64,000 bases of DNA from Eledone cirrhosa. Taxonomy: Eukaryota. Location of the stretch: positions 208,878,001-208,942,000 of the forward strand of contig OZ024741.1 of assembly GCA_964016885.1 (NCBI GenBank), read 5' to 3'. Positions within the stretch are counted from its first letter, which is position 1. The number at the start of each line of letters is the position of its first letter. The position numbers and the translations under genes were made by a program. Shown piece by piece: positions 38,671 to 54,290 of this stretch. The notes under the pieces were generated by a model. It saw only the letters and a program-made list of their open reading frames with translations, searched no databases and was not told where the DNA came from.

Positions 38671-39730
38671 ACACACACTCACACATACACACACACAGAC
38701 TATCTCTCTCTCTTACACACACACACACGTATATATATATATATATATATATATATTAGTAAAAGGAAAAGAAAATGCTGACAAATATATATATATATAT
38801 ATTACAATTTTAAAAAATATGATCAACACTAATGTGTTTTTTTTGCAAAATGAAAATAATTTTTTAGCCAGATAGAAATACCTTAATTCAAGTACATATA
38901 GATTTTCAATAGGCACCCAGAAATTATAGTTACTTCTCCTAAGATAATAATCTTAAGACTGATCTGTCGCAAGCCTAATACATGTGCTTTTGCACACGAC
39001 CTTCTCAGCATTCTGGCTCATATCCATGGCGCTAGAAATAACAGCCGTAAATATGGGATTATGAACTCAGCTCTACCGAAGGAGCAGATTTATTTCAATT
39101 TAGTAGTCATTTACAATTATTAAGCTCTAAGAAAATACTTCTGAGCATTACATTACAATTTAAAAAAATATGATCAACACTAATGTGTTTTTTTTTGCAA
39201 AATGACAATAATTTTTTAGCCAGATAGAAATGCCTTAATTCAAGTACATATAGTCCGCCTGTATCGATCTAGAAAATATTAAATATTAAATCTATACTTA
39301 CAGACGTAAAATGGCAACTGCCTGGTGCCTAGACAAGTTTAAATTTCAAAATTCAAACCTTTTCAGCAGATCGGTCGGAACTTCAAAACATAAACCTGTT
39401 TCACAAGGGATGGTATACTAATGAAATAATTAATTAATTACGGAACAACTATTTATAATTACGGAACAACTATTTATAAAATAATTATTAGTGAAGTAAT
39501 TAATTCTTCTGGCTAGGCAGTATGGGATGTTGCGTTTTGTATGAGGTGGATGGCACGACTTAAAATTCAGATATTATAAACACACAGACACCCATAAATA
39601 TCTGAATTTTAAGTCGTGCCATCCACCTCATACAAAACGCGACATCCCATACTGCCTAGCCAGAAGAATTTGTACCATTGTAGAAGATACGAATACCAGG
39701 TACAAACGCCTAACAGAACTAAGAGAATTT

Positions 39731-40435
39731 TTGCTCAAACAAAAATACCCATCTCTACTTATAGAAAATGGCATACAGCGGGCTATAAAAATACATATAC
39801 AACAACTTAGGACAACCCAAGGAAGAAGAAACCAAGAACTGGTCATACAATTTATAATGACACACAACGCATGTCACCAGAATATCTTCAACACTGCCAA
39901 AGCAAACCTACCGATCATTGCTCAAAGTAATGAATTAAAAGGCTTAATCACAGATCGATCTTTGACTCTTAGTAAAAGACAGCCAAAAAATTTGAAGCAA
40001 TTACTAACAAAAGCAAAGTTTGACCTTAACAACAAAGACCAATCATTCACTGTATCTAAATGCAATGATAGTCGATGCGGCACATGTCAATCCATACACG
40101 CCGGTCAATATATGAAAACAAAAACTGGAAAAATATTCCCAAATGCAAATATGAACTGCAAAAGCAGAAATCTAATTTACTGCATTAAATGCCCGAATTG
40201 TGAAGAACTATATGTCGGTCAAACTGGAAATGCACTATCGGAACGTGCGCGGGTACACCGTCAACAAATCAGAGACCCAAATGTCCGTCAGATACCCCTA
40301 AGTAACCATCTAGCAACATGTGGTCAGGGAATATTTATAATATTCCCATTCTACAAATTACACAGCCCAAGTGAAATCAAAAGAAAAATCAAAGAAAAGA
40401 ATGTTATTGATAAATTCAAACCCAAGCTAAATTAA
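39731..40435 (+). pseudogene. PLE thumb/linker + GIY-YIG endonuclease (open C-terminal fragment, no RT core)
   Basis: 234-aa ORF with a Cys motif and LIY...YVGQT...R..H...E.K.I.KF.P.LN. Confidence 0.85.
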
Positions 40436-40488
40436 CAATAATAACGCTTAGGGTTATTACTTCTACTACCACTATGACTACGACCACT

Positions 40489-40539
<51 letters not shown>

Positions 40540-40853
40540 AATAATAATAATAAAAGTGATGTTGATGGTGATGATTAATAGAAAATGCTATTTTCATCAT
40601 TTCTAAAAATAGCAAAACAATTGATGCTTTGGATATGATTAATTATTGGTCGTTAGACATGCTCAACCAGCTGTGACGCTTAAACCAATCAGCTTTAGTG
40701 ATTCAGTGAAACTACACACTGATTGGTCGAAATACAGTTTGCAGGGCTTAGCATTCTGGAGCCACTTTTCCCTGTATAAAATGTATAAAAGGTAGGAAAT
40801 TTACCCATCTTATTACAGTTGAAAATTGCAAACTTGACTGTCACCACATATTA

Positions 40854-40892
40854 TGAACCTGAAGATTGCGAAAGCATGAAAGTACTTGTTCA
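40854..40892 (+). ncRNA. Minimal type I hammerhead ribozyme
   Basis: tgaac CTGAAGA ttgc gaaa gcat GAAA gtac TT gttca; palindromic stem III (agtact). Confidence 0.85.
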
Positions 40893-41085
40893 ATTAACAC
40901 TTAGAATTTAATATTCTATCATACTATTTCATTATAATACCATTATAAATTTTAAAGGATTGTAAATAAAACGAGTAAATCAGACAAAGTTGGAATTCCT
41001 CTTATTAATATATATATAGATATATATATATAAATGAAAGGATTTACGAATGAGAATATAGACTGTTAGATCATGTTTATACAAA

Positions 41086-41128
41086 AGCAATTACGTACGT
41101 TTCGCCCGAAAAGGCTTCTCAAGGGCTT
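41086..41128 (-). ncRNA. HHR-like motif (U3-A8 core) in an orphan pLTR fragment; stem I poor
   Basis: gccc TTGAGAA gccttttcgggc GAAA cgtacg TA; homologous to 52996-53037. Confidence 0.55.
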
Positions 41129-41603
41129 ACAAATCTAGAGAGTGTTCAATAAAGATCCCAGAAGAGGTTTTAAGATGATAATCACATCGAAGTTCATGTT
41201 TGATTCAAACAGACATGGTTGTTTGCATCACAGAGCAAGGAGAGTAACTCTGACAGGTGTTTGAATAACTAAACATCTGTACACCAACTATGCCTCTTAG
41301 ATCCGGCCTGACTAAGCAGTATTAAAGTGGCACCCATAAAATTGTAGTGGAAAACAATTTAGTATTGCCTGAGCGAAGTGACCGTTTCTGCGCATACGCG
41401 TTCGTACGGTTGTCCTTCCTGTTCCGTATAACCATGTCCATTACGAGCTGAGGATCCGCTAAGGTGAAACAATTGTTCTCTGTAACTAACAATTGCTCTC
41501 TGTAACTAACTGTTGTGTAACCACTTCTACCTAATTCGTCCCATGGACTGAGTGCACTACCACTACGGATATTAACTTCCAGTGTTCTACCACTATATAT
41601 ATA

Positions 41604-42949
41604 TAGGGTGCCTATGTTATTTGAGGACAGATTTATGTTTATAGAAAAACAGATATATAATAACAAATAATAACTTAATTATTGAAAAAATGGTATAAGC
41701 ATAAAAATAAAGCATCTTTTTTATAATTTTATACAATAAAGCAACCTTCAGCTTCAATAACTACTTCTATGCGAGATTGAAAGCGTCTACATGCTCGAAT
41801 GAAATGGTCCTGGTTCATATTGGACATTACTCTGACTCTGGCGCCTTTCAAAATATCTTTGGTGTTATGGGAGTGTTCATTGACCCCTCGCTCAACAACT
41901 CTCCATACTTAGTAGTCCAATGGATTGAGATCTACAGAGTTAGGAGGCCAAATGTTAGGGGTTATGTGATCATAAAAATGTTCAGCCATCCATTCCTGCG
42001 TTACTTGAGTTTTGTGTGATGGTACAGTGTCTTGCTGAACCACATAAGGCCTTCCATTACATACACTGTCTTACTAGGGCTTAACAACAGCACCTCAATG
42101 TAAGATTTAACTCTAAAGCATTGAGACAAGGAGTGAAGAGGCATCACATGTCCTTCATTGCTGACAACCCCCAAAACCATGACAGTTGTGGCTAATTTTG
42201 TGTTCATACCTGTTGGAACTTCAGAAGGGTCTGCACATAACCATCTGACATTTTTGTGAAATTTCTGATCTTGATCAAAGTTTTTCTCATCTGATAAAAG
42301 CTAAATCACATCATCGATTTTTAAGTTTATTTAAGAGCCTTTTAGATCTGATTAAGCGATTTTCTTCTTTTTTTCTGACATAAATTGACTTTTCCTCATC
42401 ACATAATACTTATATCTGATGTCATCGTGGACAATATTTCTGATTGCTCCTTCTGACACATGGAAATCTTTTGCAAGTGACTTCGTGGATTTTTTGGGAT
42501 TGTCATCAATGGTCTGCTGAATTTGCTGGATAAATTTAGGTGTTCTGATGATGTCAGAGCGTTTGGAATGCTTTTTATATTCTGTGACTGCTGATGTTTC
42601 CATCTTCAGTCTCTAACTCTTTACTAACTTTGTAGACGAAAGATCTGGTAACTTTTAAAAATTGAGGTATCTCTAAATCGCTATGCCCAGTCTTTAACGC
42701 CACAATTACAGCAAGCCTTTTCATTTCTTGAGTAAGCAGAGTGTCTGCCATTGTTCAAATCCCGCCGAGGTTGACTTTGCCTTTCATCCTTACGGGGTCG
42801 ATAAAATAAAGTACCAGTAATGCATTGGGTAATTGCTGGTCTTGTGCCTAAAGAAGAAACATTTATTGTTCTCCGAAGAAAAGATGATGTAAAGTTTAGT
42901 AAAATTCAGCAATACCCCATTAAGGTATGTCCTCAAATACCTTACGCAT

Positions 42950-42955
<6 letters not shown>
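41604..42955 (-). mobile_element. Tc1/mariner-superfamily DNA transposon remnant (possibly maT-like), with a SINE at 42752-42865
   Basis: HTH-like IQQTIDDNPKKSTKSLAKDFHVSEGAIRNIV, SDEKNFDQD, VMVLGVVSNEG and WPPNSVDLNPLDY. Imperfect TIRs share tatttgaggaca; TA flanks. Confidence 0.85.
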
Positions 42956-43011
<56 letters not shown>

Positions 43012-43014
<3 letters not shown>

Positions 43015-43756
43015 AAATGCACTATCGGAAGGTGCACGGATACACCGACAGCAAATCAGAGACCCAAATGTCCGTCAGATACCCCTAAGTAACCATCTAG
43101 CAACATGTTGTCAGGGAATATTTATTATATTCCCATTCTACAAATTACGCAGCCCAAGTGAAATCAAGAGAAAAATCAAAGAAAAGAATTTTATTGATAA
43201 ATTCAAACCCAAGCTAAATGAACAATAATAATGGGATATTACTCCTACTATGACTATGACTACGACCATGTCGACTACGACCACTAACAACAACAACAAC
43301 AATAATAATAATAATAATAAAAGTGATGTTGATGGTGACTAGAAAATGCTATTTTCATCATTTCTAAAAGTAGCAAAACAATTGATGCTTTGGATAGGAT
43401 CAATTAGTAGTCGTTAGAGATGCTCAACCAACCGTGACGCCTAAACCAATGAGCTTTAGTAATTCAGTGAAACTACACACCGATTGGTCGAAATACAGTT
43501 TGCAAGATTTAGCATTCTGGAGCCACTTTTCACTGTATATAAGGCACAAAATGTACCCATCTCATTACAGTTGAAAATTGCAAACTTGACTGTCACCACA
43601 CATTATGAACCTGTAGATTGCGAAATCATGAAAGTACTTGTTCAATTAACACTTAACATTTAATATTCTGTCATACTATTTCATTCTAATACCATTATAA
43701 ATTTTAAAGGATTGTAAATAAAACGAGTAAATCAGACAAAGTTGGAATTCCTTTTA

Positions 43757-43760
<4 letters not shown>
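43012..43760 (+). mobile_element. Second, shorter copy of the Neptune-like PLE; HHR at 43606-43644 has a mutated core (CTGTAGA)
   Basis: Matches 40225-41008; lies between (TA)n tracts. Confidence 0.88.
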
Positions 43761-43789
<29 letters not shown>

Positions 43790-43793
<4 letters not shown>

Positions 43794-44390
43794 ATAATAA
43801 TAGTAATAATAATAAATTTGAAGACTAAAATCCAAAGAGGGCTCGATAAGGATAAATATATATCAAATATATAAGAACAGTAGAGCAAATATTTATTAAA
43901 ATAACAGATTAAAGTTTAAGCAAAGAATCGCTGCTTTCACCCATGAACGGGATCTTCTGAAACTAACAAAGTCAATCTGTAAACGCAGAAGTGGATATTT
44001 CAAAAAACGTTGCAAACGGAGGAAGACAGGAAGACGATACTTTGGTTCGTGGTAACGTTCGCTGGCTAAGAACGGGGAAAAACGAATATAATACGTCATT
44101 AATAGGAGCGGGGAAAAACAATTACGCGCAAAGACAGAACCACGTTTATGGTATAAAAGAGGTCGTAGACTAATGTTCTCTTAGGTGGTGCATAGAGACG
44201 TTCTCTGGCAATGAACGAAAAAAACGAAGATAATACGTCATATGTGGAGCGTGTAGAACAATAGCACGCAAAGAGAAAACCACGTAAATGGTATAGCAGA
44301 AGTCGTAGACTAAATTCTAACTAGGAGACCAAATGAATCTCCGCTACGGAGTTAAGAACAAAGTAAATAAATACAATACAGAAGTAATAA
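43790..44390 (-). mobile_element. pLTR-like element with CAGAAGA-core HHR motif at 43904-43980
   Basis: Homologous to 391-598 and 55582-56330; has an internal ~146-bp duplication. Confidence 0.7.
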
Positions 44391-47300
44391 CTACCACCAC
44401 CCTCACTACCATCATCTATCACCACTATCATCATCGCTACCACCACCATCACTACCACCACCATCGCTACCACCACCATCAACACCACCACCATCAACCC
44501 CATCACCAACAACACCACCAAAATCACTACCATCACCACCATCAACATCTTTATCAACACCACCATCACCGTTATCACCACCATCACTCCCAACTCCATC
44601 ACTACCACCACCATCACTACCACATCCATCATTAAACCACCATCAACACCACTAAATCAACACCACCACCATCACTACAACCACCATCACTACCACCATT
44701 AAGACCACCACTATCACTACCACCACCATCACTACCATCACCATCACTACAACAACCATCACTACCACCACCATGACACCACCACCATCACTACCACCAC
44801 CATCATTACGACCACTATCACTACCACCACCATCACTAGCACCACCATCACTACCACCACCATCAGAACAACCACCATCACCACCACCATCAACACCACC
44901 ACAATCAGTACCACCACAAACAACACCACTTCCATCAACACCACCATCATCACTACCACCACCATCAATAACACCACCATCAACACCACCACCATCACTA
45001 CCACCACCATCAACAACACCACCATCAACTCCACCAGAATCACTACCACCACCATCACCACCATCACCATCACCATCACCACCATCATCACCACCACCAT
45101 CACTACCACCACCATCACAACCACCAGCATCACCACCACCATCATCAACACCACCACCATCACTACCACCACCATCACTACCACCACCCTCACTACCAAC
45201 GACATCACTACCACCACATCAACACCACCACCATAAACACCATCACCATCACTACCAGCACCATCAACACCAGCACCATCACTACCACCACCATTACTAC
45301 CAGCTCCATCACTACCAAAACCATCAACACCACCACCCTCATTACCATCGCCATCAATACCACCACAATCACTAACACCACCATCAACACCACCACCATC
45401 AACACCACCAGCATAACTACCACCACCATCACTACCTCCACCATCAAAACCACCACCATCAACACCACCATCACTACCACCACCATCACCAACATCACCA
45501 ACACTACCAACACCATCATAACCACCATTAACACCACCAGTATCACCACCACCACCATCACTAGCACCACCATGACCACCACTAACATCACTACCACCAC
45601 CATCATTACGATCACTATCACTACCACCACCATCACAAGCTCCACCATCCCTGCCACCACCGTCACTACCACTACCACCACCATCACCTACACCATCACT
45701 ACTACCATCATCAATACCACCACCATCATTATCACCACCATCACTACCACAACCATCAACACTACCACCATCACAACCACCACCATCACAACCACCACCA
45801 TCACCACCACCATCATCAACACCACCACCATCATCAACACCACCACCCTCACTACCAACGCCATCACTACCAACGCCATCACTACCACCACCAAAACGAC
45901 TACCACCATCACTTCTACCACCATCACCATTACTACCACCACCATCACTACCACCACCATCACAACCACCACCATCACCACCACTATCATCAAAGCCACC
46001 ACCCTCACTGCCAACGCCATCACTAACACCACCATCAACACCACCACCATCACCACCATCACCATCACTACCACCACCATTACTACCACCACCATCACCA
46101 CCACCACCATCAAACACCCCACCATCACCAACACCAACATCAACACCATCACCATCACTACCACCACCATCACTAACACCACCATCACCAACACCACATC
46201 AACACCACCACCATCACTGCCACCACCATCACCACCACCACCATCAACACCATCACCATCACTAACAACACCATCACTAACACCACCAACACCACCACAC
46301 CATCACTACCACCACCATCACTACCACCACCATCACTACCACCACCATCAACACCACCACCATCACTAACTACAACATCACTACCAACCCCAACACTACT
46401 ACCACCATTACTACCACCGCCATCACTACCACCACTATCACTCCCAAAACCATCACTACCATCACCACCACCACCATAAGTACCATCACCATCACCACCA
46501 TCACCATTACTACCACCACCATCACTACCACCACCATCACTATCACCACCATCACCACCACCACCATTACTACCACCACCTTCACCAACACCACCATCAC
46601 TACCACCACCATCACTACCACCACCATCACCACCATCACCATCACTACCACCACCATGACAACCACCACCATCAATACCATCCCCATAAACACCATCACC
46701 ACCACCACCATCACTACCATCACTATCACCACCATCACCATCACTATCACCACCATCATCACCATCACCATCAACACCACCATCACCACCATCTCCATCA
46801 CTGCCACCGCCATCACAACCACCACCATCACCACCACCACTATAAAACCACCACCATCACCACCATCACTACCCCCACCATGACTACCACCATCATCACT
46901 ACCATCCCCATAAACACCATCACCACCACCACTACCAACTCCATCACTACCACCACCATCACCACCACCACTATCACTAACACCACCATCACTACCACCA
47001 CCATCACTACCACCACCATCAACACCACTACAATCAACACCACCACAATCACTACCACCACCATCACAACCACAATTAACACCACCACTATCACTACCAC
47101 CACCATCACTACCACCACCATCACTACCACCACCATCACTACCACTACCATGACCACCACCACCATCACTACCACCACCATCATTACGACCATTATCACT
47201 ACCAACACCATCACTAGCTCCACAATCACTAGCACCACCGTCACTACCACCACCATCAAATCCACCATCACCAACACCACCAAAATCACTACCATCACCA

Positions 47301-50300
47301 CCATCACCATCTTTATCAACACCACCATCACCGTTGCCACCACTATCACTACCAACTCCATCACTACCACCACCATCCCTACCACCTCCATCACTACCAC
47401 CACCATCACCGTTGCCACCACTATCACTACCAACTCCATCACTACCACCACCATCCCTACCACCTCCATCACTACCACCACCATTAACACCACTAAATCA
47501 ACACCACCACCATCACTACAACCACCATCACTACCACCATTAACACCACCACTATCACTACCACCACCATCACTACCACCACCATGACACCACCACCATC
47601 ACTACCACCACCATCATTACGACCACTATCAGTACCACCACCATCACTAACACCACCATCATTACCACCACCATCAGAACCACCACCAGCACCACCACCA
47701 TCAACACCACCAAAATCACTACCGCCACAATCAACACCACTTCCATCAACACCACCATCATCACTACCACCACCATCAATACCACCACCATCAACACCAC
47801 CACCATCACTACCACCACCATCACTACCACCAACATCACTACAACCACCATCACTATCACCACCATCACTACCACCAACATCACCACCACAATCATCAAC
47901 ACCACCATCATCGTTACCACCACCATCACTACCAACTCCATCACTACCACCACCATCACCACCACCACTATCACTAACACCACCATCACTACCACCACCA
48001 TCACTACCACCACCATCAACACCACTACAGTCAACACCACCACCATCACTACCACCACCATCACAACAACCATTAACACCACCACTATCACTACCACCAC
48101 CATCACTACCACCACCATCACCTCACAACAATCACTACCACCACCATCATTACGACCACTATCACTACCACCACCATCACTAGCTCCACCATCACTACCA
48201 CCACCATCACTACCACCACCATCACCAACGCCATCACTACCACCACCATCACTACCACCACCATCATTATCACCACCATCACCACCACCACCATCAACAC
48301 CACCACCATCAAAACCACCAAAATCACTACCCTCACCATCACCACCATCACCATCAACACCATCATCATCGTTAAAACCACCATCACTACCACCAGAATC
48401 ACACACCACCACCAACACCACCACCACTATCACCACCACCACCATCACTACCGCCACCATCACAACCACCACCATCACCACCACCATCATCAACACCAAC
48501 ACCCTCACTACCAACGTCATCACTACCACCAACATCAATACCACCACCATCAACACCACCACCATCAACGCCACCTGCAACACTACCACCACCAACACTA
48601 CCACCACCAACACTACCACCACCATCAACACCTCCACCATTACTACTACCACCATCACTAGCACCACCAATACCACCACCATCACTACCACCACCATCAT
48701 TACCACCACCATCACTACCACCACCATCACCACCACCACCATCAAAAACCCCACCATCACTACCACCACCATCAACACCATCACCTTCACTACCACCACC
48801 ATTAATACCACCACCATCACTACCACCACCATCAACACAACCACCATCAACACCTCCACCATCACTACTACCACCATCACTACCACCACCAGCACCACCA
48901 CCATCACTACCACCACTATTACTACAACCACCATCACTACCACCACCATCAACACCACCACCAACAGCACCTCCACCATCACTACTACCACCATCACTAC
49001 CACCACCAGCACCACCACCATCACTACCACAACCATCAACACCACCAACATCAACACCACCTGCAACACTACAATCACCATCACTACCACCACCATCAAC
49101 ACCACCACCATCAACACCTCCACCATCATTACTACCACCATCACTACCACCAGCAACACCGCCACCATCATTACCACTACCATCACTATCACCACAATCA
49201 CTACCACTACCATCAACACCATCACCATCATTAACAACACCATCACTACCACCACCAACACCACCACCACCATCACTACCACCGCCATCACTACCACCAC
49301 GGTTACTACCACCACCATCAACACCACCACCATCACTACCACCACCAACACCACAACCACATAACCACCACCACCATCACTATCACCACCATCACTACCA
49401 CCACCATCAACACCATCACCATCACTACCACCACCATCAACACCACCAAGTTCACTACCACCACCCTCACTCCCATCACCACCATCGCCATCACTACCAC
49501 CACCACCACCACCATCATCACTACCATCACCCTCAATACCATCACCATCACCATCATCACCATCACTACCATCACCAACACCACCACCACCATCACTACC
49601 ACCACCATCACTGCCACCACCAACACCACCACCACCATCACTACCACCGCCATCACTACCACCACGGTTACTACCACCACCATCAACACCACCACCAACA
49701 CCACAACCACATAACCACCACCACCATCACTATCACCACCATCACTACCACCACCATCACTACCACCACCATCAACACCATCACCATCACTACCACCACC
49801 ATCAACACCACCAGGTTCACTACCACCACCCTCACTCCCATCACCACCATCGCCATTAATACCACCACCACCACCACCACCATCACCACCATCACCCTCA
49901 CTACTATCACCATCACCATCATCACCATCACTACCATCACCATCAAGACCAACACCATCACTACCACCATCATCAACACCACCACTATCACTACCACCAC
50001 CATCAACAGCACCACCATCAACACCACCACCTTCAACACCATCACCATCACCACCGCCACCATCACCACATCCACCATCAACAACAACACCATCACTACC
50101 AGCACCATCACCACTGCCACCATCACTACCACCACCATCACTAACACCACCATCACCACCATCACCATCACTCCCACCACCATCAACACCACCACCATCA
50201 CTACCACCATCACTACCACCACCGACACCACCACCATCACTATCGCCCCCATCACTACCAGAGCCATCACTATCACCACTATCACCACCACCACCATCAA

Positions 50301-51722
50301 CAGCAGCAGCATCACTACTACCACCATCACTACCAACTCCATCAACACCTCCACCACCAACACCACCACCATTAACACCACCATCAACAACACCACCATC
50401 ACCAACACCACCAAAAACACCACCACCATCACTACCACCACCATCACTACCACAACCATCACTATCATCAGTACCAACACCAACACCCCTACTATATCAC
50501 CGCCACCGCCATCAACACCACCACCATCAACACCACCACCATCACCACCACCACCATCAACACCACCACCATTAACACCACCACCATCACTACCATCACC
50601 ATCACCACCATCACCACCACCACCATCACCACCACCACCATCACTACCACCACCATCACTGCCACCACCATCAACACCACCACCATCACTACTACCAGCA
50701 TCACTACCACCAGCATCACTACCACCACCTTCAGTAGCACCACCATCACTACAACCACCACCATCACTACAACCACGATCACCACCATCATCACTCACAC
50801 CACCATCACTACCGCCACCATCACAACCACCACCATCAACACCACCACCATCAACACCGCCACCATCACTACCAGCACCATCAATACCACCACCATCACC
50901 ACCACCACCATCACTACCACCACCATCACTGCCACCACCATCACTGCCACCACCAACAGCACCACCACCATCACTACCACCGCCATCACTACCACCACGG
51001 TTACTACCACCACCATCAACACCACCACCATCACTACCACCACCAACACGACAACCACATAACCACCACTACCATCACTATCACCACCATCACTACCACC
51101 ACCATCACTACCACCACCATCAATACCACCTAGTTCACTACCACCACCCTCACTCCCATCACCACCATCGCCATCACTACCACCACCACCACCACCACCA
51201 TCACTACCATCACCCTCACTACCATCACCATCACCATCATCACCATCACTACCATCACCAACACCACCACCACCATCACTACCACCACCATCACTGCCAC
51301 CACCAACACCACCACCACCATCACTACCACCGCCATCACTACCACCACGGTTACTACCACCACCACCAACACCACCACCAACACCACAACCACATAACCA
51401 CCACCACCATCACTATCATCACCATCACTACCACCACCATCACTACCACCACCATCAACACCACCAAGTTCACTACCACCACCCTCACTCCCATCACCAC
51501 CATCGCCATCACTACCACCACCACCATCATCACCATCACTACCATCACCATCAAGACCAACACCATCACTACCACCATCATCAACACCACCACTATCACT
51601 ACCACACCATCAACACCACCACCATCACTACCACCACCATCACTACCACCACCATCAACACCACCGCCATCACTACCACCACCATTAACACCACCACCAT
51701 CACTACTATCACCATCACTACT
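44391..51722. repeat. 7.3-kb degenerate (ACC/ATC/ACT)n low-complexity tract
   Basis: Seen directly; poly-T/P/H/V/G ORFs switch frame repeatedly. Confidence 0.95.
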
Positions 51723-51724
51723 AC

Positions 51725-52150
51725 TTACTGTTTCGACTTCCTCCCCCTCCCTCTCCCTAGTATCTTCTTTGACCTCACGCCCAGCTGTAGCCGGCACTAT
51801 CAACGCATGAATGGGTCTCCTCCACCCCCTCTCCCTCTTTATTCTACTGGCAGGTTTAGCTACCCCTTCCCTCCACTAAGTGCCATCATAGAATTATTAT
51901 GTCTCAACTACAAACTTTTGACCAATCCCTGTGACAATCACTTTGACCATATATGGAATTACCCCTTGAGAAGCACGGCTATTCAAATACCAGGATAAAA
52001 ATGTTCATTTAGTCCAGAATTAGCCGTCGAAACGGCTTGAGCTCAGCCGTCGGGTCCTACTCGTTTCTATTACCCACTCTACTACCCTAAGTATTGAGTA
52101 CTTTGGTGCGTTATGGTCCACCTGGTTCCTTACCACATTTCTTCCGTTAT
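51725..52150 (+). mobile_element. PLE pLTR fragment related to 5780-6130
   Basis: Shared sequence through to the (TA)n end. Confidence 0.8.
51961..52055 (+). ncRNA. Type I HHR with U3-A8 core and long stem II insert
   Basis: acccc TTGAGAA gcacggct...agccgtc GAAA cggct tgagctc agccg TC gggt. Confidence 0.72.
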
Positions 52151-52429
52151 ATATATATATATATTTGTGTGTATGTGTTGGTGTATATATTATTATGTGT
52201 GTATGTTTATTTATGTTTATTTTATATTTTTATATAGTTATATGTATGTGTTTACGTATATTTTTGTGTGTATGCGGTTGTACATATGCTTTTGTATATA
52301 TGTTTTTTTTTTATATGGATTTACGTATGGTTTTTTGTATGCGTGTGATGATTTCTTATTACGTGCGTGCGCGCGCACGCATTTGTATACCTATGTACGT
52401 AGGTTATGAACCATTGCTCTTTATTGTAA

Positions 52430-52942
<513 letters not shown>

Positions 52943-52995
52943 GTGGGAAAGTAAGAAATCGGAGAATAGACCGTTAAAACATGTTTATTTAAAAC

Positions 52996-53037
52996 ACCAC
53001 CTACGTACGTTTCGCCCAGTTGGGCTTCTCAAGGGCA
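52996..53037 (-). ncRNA. Minimal type I HHR motif, U3-A8 core, weak stem I
   Basis: gccc TTGAGAA gcccaactgggc GAAA cgtacg TA ggtgg; downstream of and co-oriented with the GIY-YIG ORF. Confidence 0.65.
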
Positions 53038-53378
53038 TAAATAATCAAAAGTGTTCCTTACATTGCTCGGAAGGAGTTTTGGGGGTTAAATCCACGTCAA
53101 GGTTCATTGCTCGCAAAAATAGCTTGTTTTGATTTTGCAGCAGGTCAAGGGAGGTAACTCTGGCCGGTGTTAGGGCAGTCTTTCCCGGACAAATTTTATT
53201 TATTTATTTATTTTTTTATCTGCTACGAGATGAGGTTACAACCTTACCATTGTCGATACGCATGTAATCAACGCTTATTTTGAGAGTTTTTGCCGCATCT
53301 GTTTGTCTGAGTTGTTTGAGGCTGGGTCTGGTATGCCGGGGTGTTAAGACTTGTTGCAGGGAGATCCGGTGCACGGTT

Positions 53379-54290
53379 TCACTCCTCATCCTTAACCCAT
53401 CTGAAGAAGGATATTTCTAAGCGATGTGTACAACTTATCGCTGTTTCAGCTCTGCTGTTGATGAGCTCGTGGGGTGCAGTTATGATGTGGTAGAGCTCCA
53501 TGAGGCAAAGATCGCATTTCCTCTTGAAGTTGTACGGTGCAGCCCTGCCGACAATCTCCCAGTGCGTGGAGAAGCTGATGTTTAAGTCCTTTAGTGATGT
53601 GATGTAGTCCGCGAGCGAAGTGGAGTGCCTTAGTTTTCTATTTGTGAAAGAGTGGAGATGTGTTCGAAACCTAATTTTGAACGAGCCGGAGGTAGCCCCT
53701 ATATAATGTTTAACGCTATTGTGGCTAGTAATAGTGCATCTATATATAAACCTATCAGTCAAGCAGTATCCTCTAAGGGGGCAGCGTCCTCTGTCGCGGC
53801 AGTTGCAATTTCTGTCGCGGTTCCATCTATTTCCCACGGTGAGGCTATCATTGTTGCTGCCTACGTTGTTACCTACGCTACCGCAGCTGTCGTTAGCACC
53901 ATTACAACCCACAGCACGCGGGCTGGTGCGATTGTTATTCCGCACGTCATGTCCTGCATGTTCCCCAGTCATTTCGCGGTTATGCTGGTTGCGTCTGCGG
54001 ATGCCGTTGCCAACACTATTGGATGCTGCCAGGGAGTTGTTAAGGCCGATATAGTTATTGTCAGGTGTAGGTGCGCCTGTGTCGAGGTGCTGTGTCTTGG
54101 TGATCTTACTGTGGTTCATTGTTCCTATGATGTCTGCTAGGTTAGGAGTAGTAGAGAAGGATATTTTTATATTGTTCCTATTAAGAATTTTTCTATACCT
54201 ATGGTTGGGCGGGAAGTTCTTCTCAAAGGCTTCGAAGAACATCCGGGGTATGTTGGAGGCCACACTCCGAGAGTAGGGGAGTGGAACCAT
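53379..54290 (-). pseudogene. PLE GIY-YIG endonuclease (open 303-aa C-terminal fragment)
   Basis: CNCRDRGRCPLRGYCL...FIY...YIGATSGSFKIRFRTH...CDLCLME...INSRAE...SCTH. Confidence 0.88.

Larger units (their letters stand above)
39502..41008 (+). mobile_element. 5'-truncated Neptune-like PLE with short 5' inversion and 3' pLTR HHR
   Basis: YLNFKSCHPPHTK...IPYCLARRIC, CNDSRCGTC and NLIYCIKCPNCEELYVGQTG. 39502-39577 is an inverted copy of ~39598-39670. Confidence 0.88.

Noticed and set aside
38802-39253. ~100-bp direct repeats 350 bp apart as another HHR unit
   Set aside because: A minus-strand CTGAGAA is present, but no matching GAAA, stem III or stem I could be built.
44762-51803. Gly/Asp-, Thr- or Val-rich ORFs of up to 595 aa
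   Set aside because: Low-complexity triplet tract with frequent frame switches and no domain or splice evidence.
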